From: Anaeromusa acidaminophila DSM 3853
Lineage (GTDB): Bacteria > Bacillota > Negativicutes > Anaeromusales > Anaeromusaceae
NCBI RefSeq assembly: GCF_000374545.1
Contig: NZ_KB894589.1
Span: 39,221 to 71,220, forward strand
DNA length: 32,000 bases
Reading direction: 5' to 3'
Below, in pieces: positions 16,511 through 23,909 of the stretch. The notes beneath the pieces were generated by a model. The model made no database searches and was not told where the DNA came from. It worked only from the letters and a program-made list of their open reading frames with translations. The translations under genes and the position numbers were made by a program. Each line of letters begins with the position of its first letter. Position 1 is the first letter of the stretch.

Positions 16511-16735
16511 TCAGGAGTCATTGCTTTACTCACATCTCCCGCCAATAGATTCTTTTTCCATTTAACTTTGTCAGAAAGCCTCGGCAGAGCGCCGCTATGC
16601 CTGCGTTTTCTTTCGCGTCTAACGAAAAAATTTCTCTATTTGCCGGAGCGTTCGTTAAAGCAGCGGCTCCTTAATTTTTGGAGTTACTGCATTAAGATCT
16701 CATTCGCACCCTCCTTCTACCCTTGTTAAATTGTC
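16505..16735 (-). repeat. long member of the dispersed intergenic repeat family (arm, 110-nt conserved module, degenerate arm), minus orientation
   Basis: 16561-16670 is the reverse complement of 31197-31306 at about 92/110 positions (hand alignment). The arm at 16699-16733 (CTCATTCGCACCCTCCTTCTACCCTTGTTAAATTG) matches the arm family. The left end overlaps the stop codon of the upstream gene. Confidence 0.75.
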
Positions 16736-16757
16736 TCGTATCCCCTATCTTCTTTTC

Positions 16758-16786
16758 TTGAAAGCCGGCAGAGGCCCTGGTATAAT
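16758..16786 (+). promoter_or_regulatory. strong sigma-A promoter for the skp-lpx operon
   Basis: TTGAAA (16758-16763), 17 nt, TATAAT (16781-16786), with an extended -10 TGG immediately upstream (16778-16780). Confidence 0.7.
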
Positions 16787-16824
16787 AATGAATGAGTTCC
16801 GATTAAGAGAGGAGAAACTTAAAA

Positions 16825-17292
16825 ATGATGAAATTGGAAAAACGTCAGATTCGTATGATTTCCCTGGCTATTGTAGCCTTCTTTGTACTCAGCGTAGTAG
16901 GCTTGGCGGTGTCGCAGTCCGGCAGCGTAAGTCATGCAGCGGCAGCTGGTTCGGGTAGTGTTGGGGTTGTCAATTATGACATGCTGGTATCGCAGCATCC
17001 CGATTATGCGGTAGCGCAAAAGTCCTTTGAAGACGAAGTCGCGCAAGCTAAAAAAGATTTCGACGCTAAAGCGGCTACCATGAACGACAAGGAAAAACAA
17101 GATTATTACATGCAGATCCAAGAACGTCTGCAATTGAAAAAAGCATCTCTGTTGGGAAGCGTCAACGACAAAGTAACCGCAGCGGTTAAGGCTGTGGCTG
17201 ATGCTAAGGGCTTGGCCATTGTCATTGACAAAGGCAATGTTGTTTACGGCGGACAAGACATTACTGACGAAGTTATTAAAAAATTCAAATAA
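16825..17292 (+). CDS. skp: Skp/OmpH periplasmic chaperone (paralogue 1, type-I signal peptide)
   Basis: GGAG 10 nt upstream of the ATG. Signal/TM segment. Skp body motifs VGVVNYDMLVSQHPDY at the N-terminus and KGLAIVIDKGNVVYGGQDITDEVIKKF at the C-terminus, flanking a coiled-coil. Confidence 0.85.
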   Translation: MMKLEKRQIRMISLAIVAFFVLSVVGLAVSQSGSVSHAAAAGSGSVGVVNYDMLVSQHPDYAVAQKSFEDEVAQAKKDFDAKAATMNDKEKQDYYMQIQERLQLKKASLLGSVNDKVTAAVKAVADAKGLAIVIDKGNVVYGGQDITDEVIKKFK

Positions 17293-17299
17293 GATTTTT

Positions 17300-17330
17300 G
17301 ACCGAGCCGATCCTTTGTTCGACTCGGTCC
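17300..17330 (+). other. stem-loop between skp paralogues 1 and 2 (weak terminator or RNA-stability element)
   Basis: GACCGAGCCGA / TCGACTCGGTC, 10 bp with one mismatch, loop TCCTTTGT. No clear U-tract. Confidence 0.35.
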
Positions 17331-17365
17331 TTCCTTACTATGAAAAGTCCAACTGGAGGAACTGA

Positions 17366-18277
17366 ATGATGTCCAAACAAAGCCGGCAGCAACGAGGAAT
17401 TCTATTGGTATTTCTAATCCTGCTTGCGGTGGCAGTGAGCGCCTGCGGAAACCAATCGGCTTCCGAACAAGCAAAGGCGACGGTTTGGGCGGTGTTGGAC
17501 GAAGAAAAAGTAATGAAGGCGCACCCCAAGTATCTGGCATGGCAAAGTAAAAAGACGGCGTGGCTGGCTGGAAAGCAGAAGCTGGAGTGGCTGAAGCAGT
17601 CTTTGATGATGCAAGCGGCGCACGACATACAGACTCTTGCTCTGCCGGCTCTGCCGGCTCTGCCGGCTGTAGCACAGGCAACACAGTCATTAAAAGAAGC
17701 GGAATTGCAGCAACAGCTCCAGGAACGGGCCAAAAATCTGCGAAAAGAGCTGGATCAGGAAATGAAGGCGTACGGGGAAGAGGTACATCGGGAGTTGGAT
17801 CCGGAAGTGGTTTCCCTGCAACTAAAGCTGCGTATTGTATCGTTGCAGCCCCAAGAGGCGGAAACTCTTCGGTTGCAGTTAGCGCAAGTACAGCAACTGC
17901 AGCAGCAACGTCTGGCTCAAAAAGAGGCGGAGTTAGCGACGCGCTTTACTGTTGCGCTGGCGCCCTTGAGGGAAGCGATTCGGCAAGAGCAAGCCGTTGC
18001 CAGACAAACCCCTGTAGCGCAAGTAGAAGCTTCAAACGTATCAACGATAACGCCTAACGAGATACGTGTAGGGCAAATTCGGGACTTGGAAGAAACGTTG
18101 CAGCAGCAAGAAATAGAATGGCGAGAAATGCAACGTCTCATTCAAGAGGAAGTTCAGGATCGGGCGGGGCGCATCGCTAGTGCGCGCGGTGTGGATATTG
18201 TCTTGAAAAAACCGATTGCAGCCATGCAAGCGGTAGATATTACGGAATGGGTAGCACAAGCCTTACAGCATCCGTGA
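17366..18277 (+). CDS. Skp/OmpH-like lipoprotein with a greatly extended coiled-coil (paralogue 2)
   Basis: Lipobox LAVAVSAC. Skp-type ends (VWAVLDEEKVMKAHPKY ... ARGVDIVLKKPIAAMQAVDITEWVAQAL) are separated by about 200 aa of Q/E/L/A-rich heptad-like sequence. Confidence 0.75.
   Translation: MMSKQSRQQRGILLVFLILLAVAVSACGNQSASEQAKATVWAVLDEEKVMKAHPKYLAWQSKKTAWLAGKQKLEWLKQSLMMQAAHDIQTLALPALPALPAVAQATQSLKEAELQQQLQERAKNLRKELDQEMKAYGEEVHRELDPEVVSLQLKLRIVSLQPQEAETLRLQLAQVQQLQQQRLAQKEAELATRFTVALAPLREAIRQEQAVARQTPVAQVEASNVSTITPNEIRVGQIRDLEETLQQQEIEWREMQRLIQEEVQDRAGRIASARGVDIVLKKPIAAMQAVDITEWVAQALQHP
17642..17668 (+). repeat. in-frame 9-nt tandem repeat (CTGCCGGCT x3) encoding LPALPALPA
   Basis: Three exact consecutive copies, in frame with the 17366..18277 CDS. 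Confidence 0.95.
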
Positions 18278-18298
18278 GAGCGGATGCTGTCTATTTTA
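18265..18298 (+). terminator. hairpin spanning the stop codon of skp paralogue 2 (possible attenuator or weak terminator)
   Basis: ACAGCATCCG (18265-18274) pairs with CGGATGCTGT (18281-18290) and is followed by CTATTTTA. Confidence 0.4.
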
Positions 18299-18312
18299 GA
18301 GTGACGAGGAGT

Positions 18313-18738
18313 ATGATGGACATGATGCAAAAGAAACGTACGATGGCACTGGTCTTGGCGCTATGCTTTGCAGTTTTGTTGATTGGCGGCTGCAGCAGCC
18401 AGCCTACAGTGGGCTTTGTGGATATGGAGAAAGTAGTTAAGGAAAGTCCTAAAGTCAAAACCTTGCAGGATCAATTGGACGCCAAAGAAAAAGAAATTAT
18501 GGAAAAAATGCAAAAAGAACAAAGCGGCGACTCGGCGGAAGCGCAGCAGAAACAGCAGGCTTTAGCGGGAGAATATCGTCAATTGCAGAAGCAAGTTGGC
18601 GAACAGTTTGAAAGCGATTTAAAAAAGACGCTGGAGCAAATTGCTCAGGAAAAGAAACTGACTGTTATTTTGTATAAACGAGAAGTCGCCCAAGGCGGCA
18701 TTGACGTTACGGACGAAGTTCTCAAACGTCTCCAATAA
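18313..18738 (+). CDS. Skp/OmpH-like lipoprotein (paralogue 3)
   Basis: Lipobox LLIGGCSS. Skp motifs VGFVDMEKVVKESPKV ... KKLTVILYKREVAQGGIDVTDEVLKRL. The start is one of the clustered ATGs at 18313, 18316, 18322 or 18325 after GAGGAG (18306-18311). The ORF-track start at 18247 overlaps the upstream gene and is unlikely. Confidence 0.8.
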   Translation: MMDMMQKKRTMALVLALCFAVLLIGGCSSQPTVGFVDMEKVVKESPKVKTLQDQLDAKEKEIMEKMQKEQSGDSAEAQQKQQALAGEYRQLQKQVGEQFESDLKKTLEQIAQEKKLTVILYKREVAQGGIDVTDEVLKRLQ

Positions 18739-18754
18739 CGGAGGCCAGGTAAAA

Positions 18755-19789
18755 ATGAAAACATTAGCTGAAATTGCCAAGTTGGTAGATGGAATCATTG
18801 ATGAAGCACATGCTGCATTAGCGATTAACAGTGTGACCAATATTGAAGAGGCGGGGCCGGAAGATATTACTTTTGCCGTAGCGCCTCATTTGGAAAAGGC
18901 TGCGGCGAGCCGCGCTGGCGCTGTTTTGGTAGCCAAAGATGTTGATGCTGATTTTCCTAAAGTTGTAGTACGAGTTGATAACCCGCGTGCTGCATTTGCA
19001 ATCTTGTTGGAACTTTTTTCGCCGAGCTCTGCGGTGGAACGGGGGGTACATCCGTCAGCTGTAGTGGCGGAGAATGTGGTATTGGGCGATAATGTTGCGA
19101 TCATGCCTTGTGCGGTAATTGATTCCGGTGCCTCGATTGGCGCTAATACCATCGTGTATCCTCATAGCTATGTTGGCGTTGGCAGTAGTGTGGGGAGTGA
19201 CTGCATTCTGTATCCCAATGTAACGGTTCGCGAAGGCTGTGAACTAGGAGATCGGGTTATTGTACATAGTGGCGCTGTCATCGGCAGTGATGGCTTTGGG
19301 TTTGTGACGGTAGACGGCAGGCATCGCAAAGTTCCGCAAGTTGGAGGCGTGCGTATTGAAGACGATGTGGAAATCGGCGCTAATACCTGCTTGGATCGGG
19401 CGACAACGGGGTGGACTGTTGTGCGGCAAGGGACGAAAATTGATAATTTAGTGCATTTTGGGCATAACGTGGAAGTTGGAGAGCATTGTTTTTTTGTGGC
19501 GCAGACTGGTATCGCCGGCAGTACGAAAATTGGCAGTCGCGTTACGTTTGCTGGCCAATCCGGCAGTGCCGGTCATCTTACCATTGGTGACAATTGCGTT
19601 TTTGCGGCGCGTTCGGCTCCGATTGGCAATATTGCCAGCAATTCTTTTTGTGGCGGATTCCCGGCGCGCCCGTACAAAGAGTGGCTGAAAAATGAAGCGG
19701 CAGTTACTAAAGTTCCAGAACTGCTAAAACGAGTTCGGGAATTGGAAAAACAGTTAGCTCAGCTTAGGATTGGTGAGTCGAAAGCATGA
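18755..19789 (+). CDS. lpxD: UDP-3-O-acylglucosamine N-acyltransferase
   Basis: ATG at 18755 follows GGAGG (18740-18744). N-terminal MKTLAEIAKLVDG..., then a long left-handed beta-helix of hexapeptide repeats, then a C-terminal helix. Confidence 0.9.
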   Translation: MKTLAEIAKLVDGIIDEAHAALAINSVTNIEEAGPEDITFAVAPHLEKAAASRAGAVLVAKDVDADFPKVVVRVDNPRAAFAILLELFSPSSAVERGVHPSAVVAENVVLGDNVAIMPCAVIDSGASIGANTIVYPHSYVGVGSSVGSDCILYPNVTVREGCELGDRVIVHSGAVIGSDGFGFVTVDGRHRKVPQVGGVRIEDDVEIGANTCLDRATTGWTVVRQGTKIDNLVHFGHNVEVGEHCFFVAQTGIAGSTKIGSRVTFAGQSGSAGHLTIGDNCVFAARSAPIGNIASNSFCGGFPARPYKEWLKNEAAVTKVPELLKRVRELEKQLAQLRIGESKA

Positions 19790-20421
19790 ACAGCCAAAAG
19801 CACAGACGTGACATGAGGCAGTGGAGTAGGATATTGTTGGCCTGTCTAACTGTGTTGTTTGCAGCACTTATTTTTAGCAAGGCAGAAGCGGCGCCGACCT
19901 TGCAGGGAAGCACCGGAGGGGCGAATGTAGTCAGCGCTGATGTGCTTACTGTAAACAGCTTCAGCATTGGTCGCTATAATCGGCCTGGAGAAAAAAGAGA
20001 TGTAGTTGTTTTCGGTTTGGGGCAGGCGCTGGAAGTGGGTGCCTTGCATCGTACAGAGGGAAACCAGGGCGCTGCCGTGCAGTGGAATGTAAAATGGGCT
20101 TTGGCGCAAGAACAGATTTTGCGCCCCGGCATTGCGATTGGCATGGAGGATGTTGGCGCACAAGAGCAACGGACTGCTTATGTTGTTGCCAGCAAGGGAT
20201 TGCCATTCGGGTTGCGCTTACACGCCGGTGTTGGCAATGGACGGTATCATGGCTTGTTCGGCGCTTTAGAAGCGCCTTTGTTGCCGCAGACTAAGTTGCT
20301 CTTAGAGCAAGACGGGAGACAATGGGGGGCTGGGGTTCGCGTTTCACTGGGGCCTGATTTTCGTTTAGATGCTGGGCACTACGCAGGCAAAAGCTATGTT
20401 GGCGGAAGCTATACGTACTAA
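19786..20421 (+). CDS. small secreted OMP-like protein of unknown function inside the lpx operon
   Basis: ATGA overlap with the lpxD stop. Signal peptide ...LIFSKAEA/AP. N-terminal TLQGSTGG..V.SADVL motif. C-terminus ...KSYVGGSYTY (aromatic end with an alternating pattern). Confidence 0.65.
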   Translation: MNSQKHRRDMRQWSRILLACLTVLFAALIFSKAEAAPTLQGSTGGANVVSADVLTVNSFSIGRYNRPGEKRDVVVFGLGQALEVGALHRTEGNQGAAVQWNVKWALAQEQILRPGIAIGMEDVGAQEQRTAYVVASKGLPFGLRLHAGVGNGRYHGLFGALEAPLLPQTKLLLEQDGRQWGAGVRVSLGPDFRLDAGHYAGKSYVGGSYTY

Positions 20422-20455
20422 AAAACATGGCGGCTTCGGCCGCCATGTTTTATGT
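20422..20455 (+). terminator. strong intrinsic terminator
   Basis: A perfect 13-bp stem, AAAACATGGCGGC (20422-20434) / GCCGCCATGTTTT (20439-20451), with a TTCG loop. It is flanked by an A-tract and a T-tract. Confidence 0.8.
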
Positions 20456-20478
20456 TAAAAGGGCAGGGGTGGGAATGG

Positions 20479-20652
20479 GAATTTTAACAGGAGTCTCGGG
20501 AGAATCTGAGGGCACGAATGAGGATTGCGGATTTTTCGTTCGCAATGACAAAAGTTACTTAGCCCTCGTGCGTACCCTCACGTGACTCTGGTTCTCTTGT
20601 TCAATATTCTCTATCGTAGCCCTCCATCTACTCCCTTTACTCCTGTTAATTC
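20479..20652. repeat. palindromic unit of the dispersed repeat family (arm+, core hairpin, arm-) followed by a third solo arm
   Basis: Arm A 20479-20523 (GAATTTTAACAGGAGTCTCGGGAGAATCTGAGGGCACGAATGAGG). Core ATTGCG...CGCAAT (20524-20546). Inverted arm B 20563-20609. Inverted arm C 20615-20652 (its reverse complement is GAATTAACAGGAGTAAAGGGAGTAGATGGAGGGCTACG). Confidence 0.75.
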
Positions 20653-20679
20653 AAACCTATTTTAATCGAGGAGTGTCCA

Positions 20680-21564
20680 ATGTTATATTTTGCTGTAAAG
20701 CTTCTAAGCCGTTTAGCATGTTCCCTTTCTACAGTGACGGCTAAGCGATGGGGCGGCTATCTGGGAGAAATAGCCTGGAAACTAACGCCGCAAAAAAGAA
20801 AAAAAATGGCTATTGAAAACATTCAACTGAGTCTGGGAGTTGAGTTAGCGGAGGCGGAGCGCGTAGCTCGTGCCAGCGCCGCGCGTTTTGGGCCTATGTT
20901 TGTGGAAGTGCTGCGTGTGCCGCTTGTATTGAAGCAGCCTCTTGATAGCTGGATATCCTTCAGCGGTGTAGAATATCTGGAACAAGCCTTGGCTTTGGGT
21001 AGAGGCGTGGTTTTGGCGACGGCTCATAGCGGCAACTGGGAGCTATTGGGAGCCGCCTTGGCGAAGAGAGGCTTTCCGCTGGTGGCAGTGGTACAGAAGC
21101 AGACGAATGATGCGATGGACCGCTTTATTAATGAATATCGCCGTCAAAGCGGCATGCATGTGACGTATAAAACGGGTGTAAAGGAAATGATTCAACTTTT
21201 AAACGAAGGACGCATTATCGGGTTATTGGTAGATCAGGATGCAGGACCGGAAGGCGTGCGGACGCAGTTTTTTGGACGTGAAGCCTCCAGTCCATCCGGA
21301 GCGGCTCATTTGGCACGTATGCGCCAGATTCCAATTGTGCCTGCTTTTATTACGCAAGAGGCGGATGGACGGCATCATGCTTGGCTTTATCCGCCTGTAT
21401 TTGTTGAAAAGACAGGAAATAAAAAAGAAGAAATTCAACAGACAACGCAAGTGTTGACGAAGTGCGTAGAAGAGCACATTAGGCAGTATCCGGAAGAGTG
21501 GTTTTGGCTGCATAATCGCTGGAAACATGGAGAGAAGACAGAAAGTCTTGCGTTGCACGCATAA
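20680..21564 (+). CDS. LpxL/HtrB-family lipid A secondary (late) acyltransferase
   Basis: N-terminal membrane anchor. Catalytic HSGNWE motif (H-x4-E, compare HxGNWE in LpxL/LpxM). Typical end PEEWFWLHNRWK. Confidence 0.8.
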   Translation: MLYFAVKLLSRLACSLSTVTAKRWGGYLGEIAWKLTPQKRKKMAIENIQLSLGVELAEAERVARASAARFGPMFVEVLRVPLVLKQPLDSWISFSGVEYLEQALALGRGVVLATAHSGNWELLGAALAKRGFPLVAVVQKQTNDAMDRFINEYRRQSGMHVTYKTGVKEMIQLLNEGRIIGLLVDQDAGPEGVRTQFFGREASSPSGAAHLARMRQIPIVPAFITQEADGRHHAWLYPPVFVEKTGNKKEEIQQTTQVLTKCVEEHIRQYPEEWFWLHNRWKHGEKTESLALHA

Positions 21565-21607
21565 ATCCGCTAGAATAAACAAAGGCTTAATGCTTTTGGG
21601 AGGAATC

Positions 21608-22444
21608 ATGGAACTACAAAATACCCTGGCAAAGGAAGTATCCTATAGCGGGATTGGCCTGCATTCTGGACGGGAAGTGAAGGTGCGGTTTTTGCCAGCC
21701 CCTGCAAATACGGGAATCATTTTTGAAAGGACGGACTTATCCGGCAGACCTCGCGTTCCGGCGAAGGCAGCCTGTGTAACGCAAACCATGAGGGCGACGA
21801 CGTTGGAAGAGGGGGAAGCCAAGGTATTTACAGTAGAGCATATCTTGGCGGCATTTTCTGCGTTGAACATTGATAATTGTCTTATTGAAATTGATTCGTT
21901 GGAACCGCCTGTGGCGGATGGGAGCGCCTTGCCGTTTTTGGAGCTTTTAGCCGAAGCGGGGCGGGCTGAGCAGCAATCCTTACGTTCAGTTTACTCGATA
22001 GAAAAGGCGCTCATTGTGCGGGAAGAAAAACGATTTATTTCTATTTTGCCGTATGATGGGTTTCGTATTACTTTTACTTCGGTTAATCCGCACAAGGCGA
22101 TTGGAATTCAATTTGCTGATGTTGAAATTACCAAGGAGTTGTTTTGGTGTGAGATTGCCCCAGCGAGGACGATTGGTTTTGTACATGAAATAGAAACGTT
22201 GCAGGCCCAAGGTTTGGCTTTGGGCGGCAGCATGGAAAACGCTGCAGTATATGATGAAAATGGCGCCGTTAACAAACTGCGTTTTACGGATGAATTAGTT
22301 CGGCATAAAGTACTGGATGTAGTTGGCGATTTAGCATTGGCCGGTCCAATCAGAGGCCATGTAGTGGCGGTATCATCCGGACATGCATTGAATACAAAGT
22401 TGTCGCAGTTAATTGCTGCGGCCAGACAGGGAGGTTGCGCATAG
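21608..22444 (+). CDS. lpxC: UDP-3-O-acyl-N-acetylglucosamine deacetylase
   Basis: ATG at 21608 lies 5 nt after GGGAGG, so the ORF-track start at 21527 overlaps the upstream gene. Motifs [15 protein letters not shown], and [12 protein letters not shown]...SGHALN. Confidence 0.9.
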   Translation: MELQNTLAKEVSYSGIGLHSGREVKVRFLPAPANTGIIFERTDLSGRPRVPAKAACVTQTMRATTLEEGEAKVFTVEHILAAFSALNIDNCLIEIDSLEPPVADGSALPFLELLAEAGRAEQQSLRSVYSIEKALIVREEKRFISILPYDGFRITFTSVNPHKAIGIQFADVEITKELFWCEIAPARTIGFVHEIETLQAQGLALGGSMENAAVYDENGAVNKLRFTDELVRHKVLDVVGDLALAGPIRGHVVAVSSGHALNTKLSQLIAAARQGGCA

Positions 22445-22881
22445 TGGTATTAACTATTGAAGAAATCAAGGAAATTATTCCCCATCGGTATCCGTTTTTA
22501 CTGGTAGATCGCATTTTGGAGCTGGAGCCTCTCAAACGCGGCGTTGGCATAAAAAATGTGACTGCCAATGAGCCTTTTTTTCAGGGGCATTTTCCGAACA
22601 AGCCGGTTATGCCAGGGGTATTACTGCTGGAGGCTATGGCGCAGGTTGGCGGGGTTTCGCTATTGTATCCCGAAGAAAACCGAGGGAAGATTGCTTATTT
22701 TGCCGGTATGGAAGGCGTTAAGTTCCGTAAACCTGTTGTACCTGGCGATCAGGTTCGTATGGAAGCGGAGGTAACCCGTCTGCGCGGTTCCGTAGGCAAG
22801 GTGCGTGCAGAGGCTTTTGTCGAAGGCCAACTGGTAGCGGAAGCGGAATTTATGTTTGCGTTGTCGGAAAAACAAGAATAA
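22444..22881 (+). CDS. fabZ: 3-hydroxyacyl-ACP dehydratase FabZ
   Basis: GTG at 22444 lies 9 nt after GGAGG (22430-22434) and overlaps the lpxC TAG by 1 nt. Motifs [12 protein letters not shown] and FFQGHFP..PVMPGVL. Confidence 0.9.
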   Translation: MVLTIEEIKEIIPHRYPFLLVDRILELEPLKRGVGIKNVTANEPFFQGHFPNKPVMPGVLLLEAMAQVGGVSLLYPEENRGKIAYFAGMEGVKFRKPVVPGDQVRMEAEVTRLRGSVGKVRAEAFVEGQLVAEAEFMFALSEKQE

Positions 22882-22987
22882 AAAACATAAATAACAAGAA
22901 AAACAGTGATGTTGACTAGATATAGAAAACTAGAACGGTGTAGTTCATCGTAAAGGCTTTTTTTGCAAAAAATGATGACGTTTCTAT

Positions 22988-23003
22988 TTGACTGAGCAGT
23001 CGG
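22988..23003. promoter_or_regulatory. second copy of the TTGACTG-NN-CAGTC palindromic motif, upstream of lpxA
   Basis: TTGACTGAGCAGTCGG compared with TTGACTGGTCAGTCAA at 6086-6101 gives 12/16 identical positions and the same 5-bp arms, GACTG/CAGTC. Confidence 0.4.
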
Positions 23004-23083
23004 AATATAAGAGCAGAAAAACAGCCTGATAGTAATGTTGTAACAGTATTGGCAGAGACTCAGTCAGAAGGAGTTGTCACATT

Positions 23084-23902
23084 ATGCAAACGGATAAAGT
23101 AGTACCTTTGCGTATGATTCACGAGATGGCAGTGGTTCATCCCAATGCGCGTCTTGGTAAAGATGTACAAATTGGCCCGTACGCTGTCATTGGTGAAAAT
23201 GTAGTGATTGGCGATGGGACGAAAATAGGCCCCCACGTTGTGATTGACGGCTGGACCAGCATTGGCAAGGACTGCGTTATTTTTCCAAGCGCTTCCATTG
23301 GGGCGGAACCGCAGGATTTGAAATTCAAGGGCGAGAAAAGCTATGTATTTATTGGCGACCGGACGACCTTGCGCGAGTTTACCACAGTAAATAGGGCAAC
23401 AGGCGAAGGCGAAGAAACACGCATTGGATCCGATTGCTTAATGATGGCCTATACGCATGTGGCGCATAACTGTATAGTAGGAAATCACGTAATCATGTCT
23501 AATGCAGCTACTTTGGCAGGACATATTATTGTGGAAGATCGCGTTGTAATCGGCGGCTTGTCAGGGGTGCATCAATTTGTCAAAATTGGTCGTAATGCCA
23601 TGATTGGTGGAGCTTCCAAAGTGGTTCAAGATGTACCTCCCTTTATGATTGCTGATGGGCATCCGGCCAAGGTAGCGGGCTTGAATAGCGTAGGCATGTC
23701 TAGAGCGGGTGTACCGAAAGAAGCGCGGCGCGAATTGAAAAAAGCGTATCGGATTTTATACAAGAACGGCTTGTCTCTGGATCAAGCGATTGCGATGATG
23801 GAACAAGAACTGGAAGCTTACGAAGAAGTGGAACACTTTTTGCGCTTTTTGCGCAATGCGGAGCGAGGTATTTGCCGTACGCGCCGTGATAGCAGCGAAT
23901 AA
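23084..23902 (+). CDS. lpxA: acyl-ACP:UDP-N-acetylglucosamine O-acyltransferase
   Basis: AAGGAG (23069-23074) lies upstream of the ATG. Hexapeptide-repeat beta-helix followed by the LpxA-type helical C-terminal domain (...LNSVGMSRAG...LKKAYRILY...). Confidence 0.9.
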   Translation: MQTDKVVPLRMIHEMAVVHPNARLGKDVQIGPYAVIGENVVIGDGTKIGPHVVIDGWTSIGKDCVIFPSASIGAEPQDLKFKGEKSYVFIGDRTTLREFTTVNRATGEGEETRIGSDCLMMAYTHVAHNCIVGNHVIMSNAATLAGHIIVEDRVVIGGLSGVHQFVKIGRNAMIGGASKVVQDVPPFMIADGHPAKVAGLNSVGMSRAGVPKEARRELKKAYRILYKNGLSLDQAIAMMEQELEAYEEVEHFLRFLRNAERGICRTRRDSSE

Positions 23903-23909
23903 GTTGCAG

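Noticed and set aside
16511-16824. A riboswitch or cis-regulatory leader in the 314-nt gap upstream of skp.
   Set aside because: The consensus promoter at 16758-16786 lies downstream of the conserved module, so the module would not be in the skp leader. The second copy is in the opposite orientation relative to its downstream gene. I recognise no known riboswitch core.
16731-16958. A 75-aa + strand ORF spanning the skp promoter region, and a 145-aa antisense ORF at 16819..17256.
   Set aside because: The first starts with TTG, runs across the TTGAAA/TATAAT promoter and overlaps skp out of frame. The second is a shadow of skp. Neither has an RBS.
17560-18057. A 165-aa + strand alternative-frame ORF inside the long-arm skp paralogue.
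   Set aside because: It is open only because of the CAG/GCA/CTG-rich coiled-coil coding sequence. It has no RBS. The annotated frame shows clear Skp-type termini and a lipobox.
20475-20585. A possible 36-aa small ORF (MGILTGVSGESEGTNEDCGFFVRNDKSYLALVRTLT) running through repeat arm A and the core.
   Set aside because: The purine-rich stretch upstream is only 1-2 nt from the ATG. The other copies of the arm (31073, 16699, 20615) have no equivalent ATG or open frame.
20479-20652. A CRISPR interpretation of the clustered repeats.
   Set aside because: The units are inverted rather than direct, imperfect, irregularly spaced and without unique spacers of constant length. No cas genes are present.
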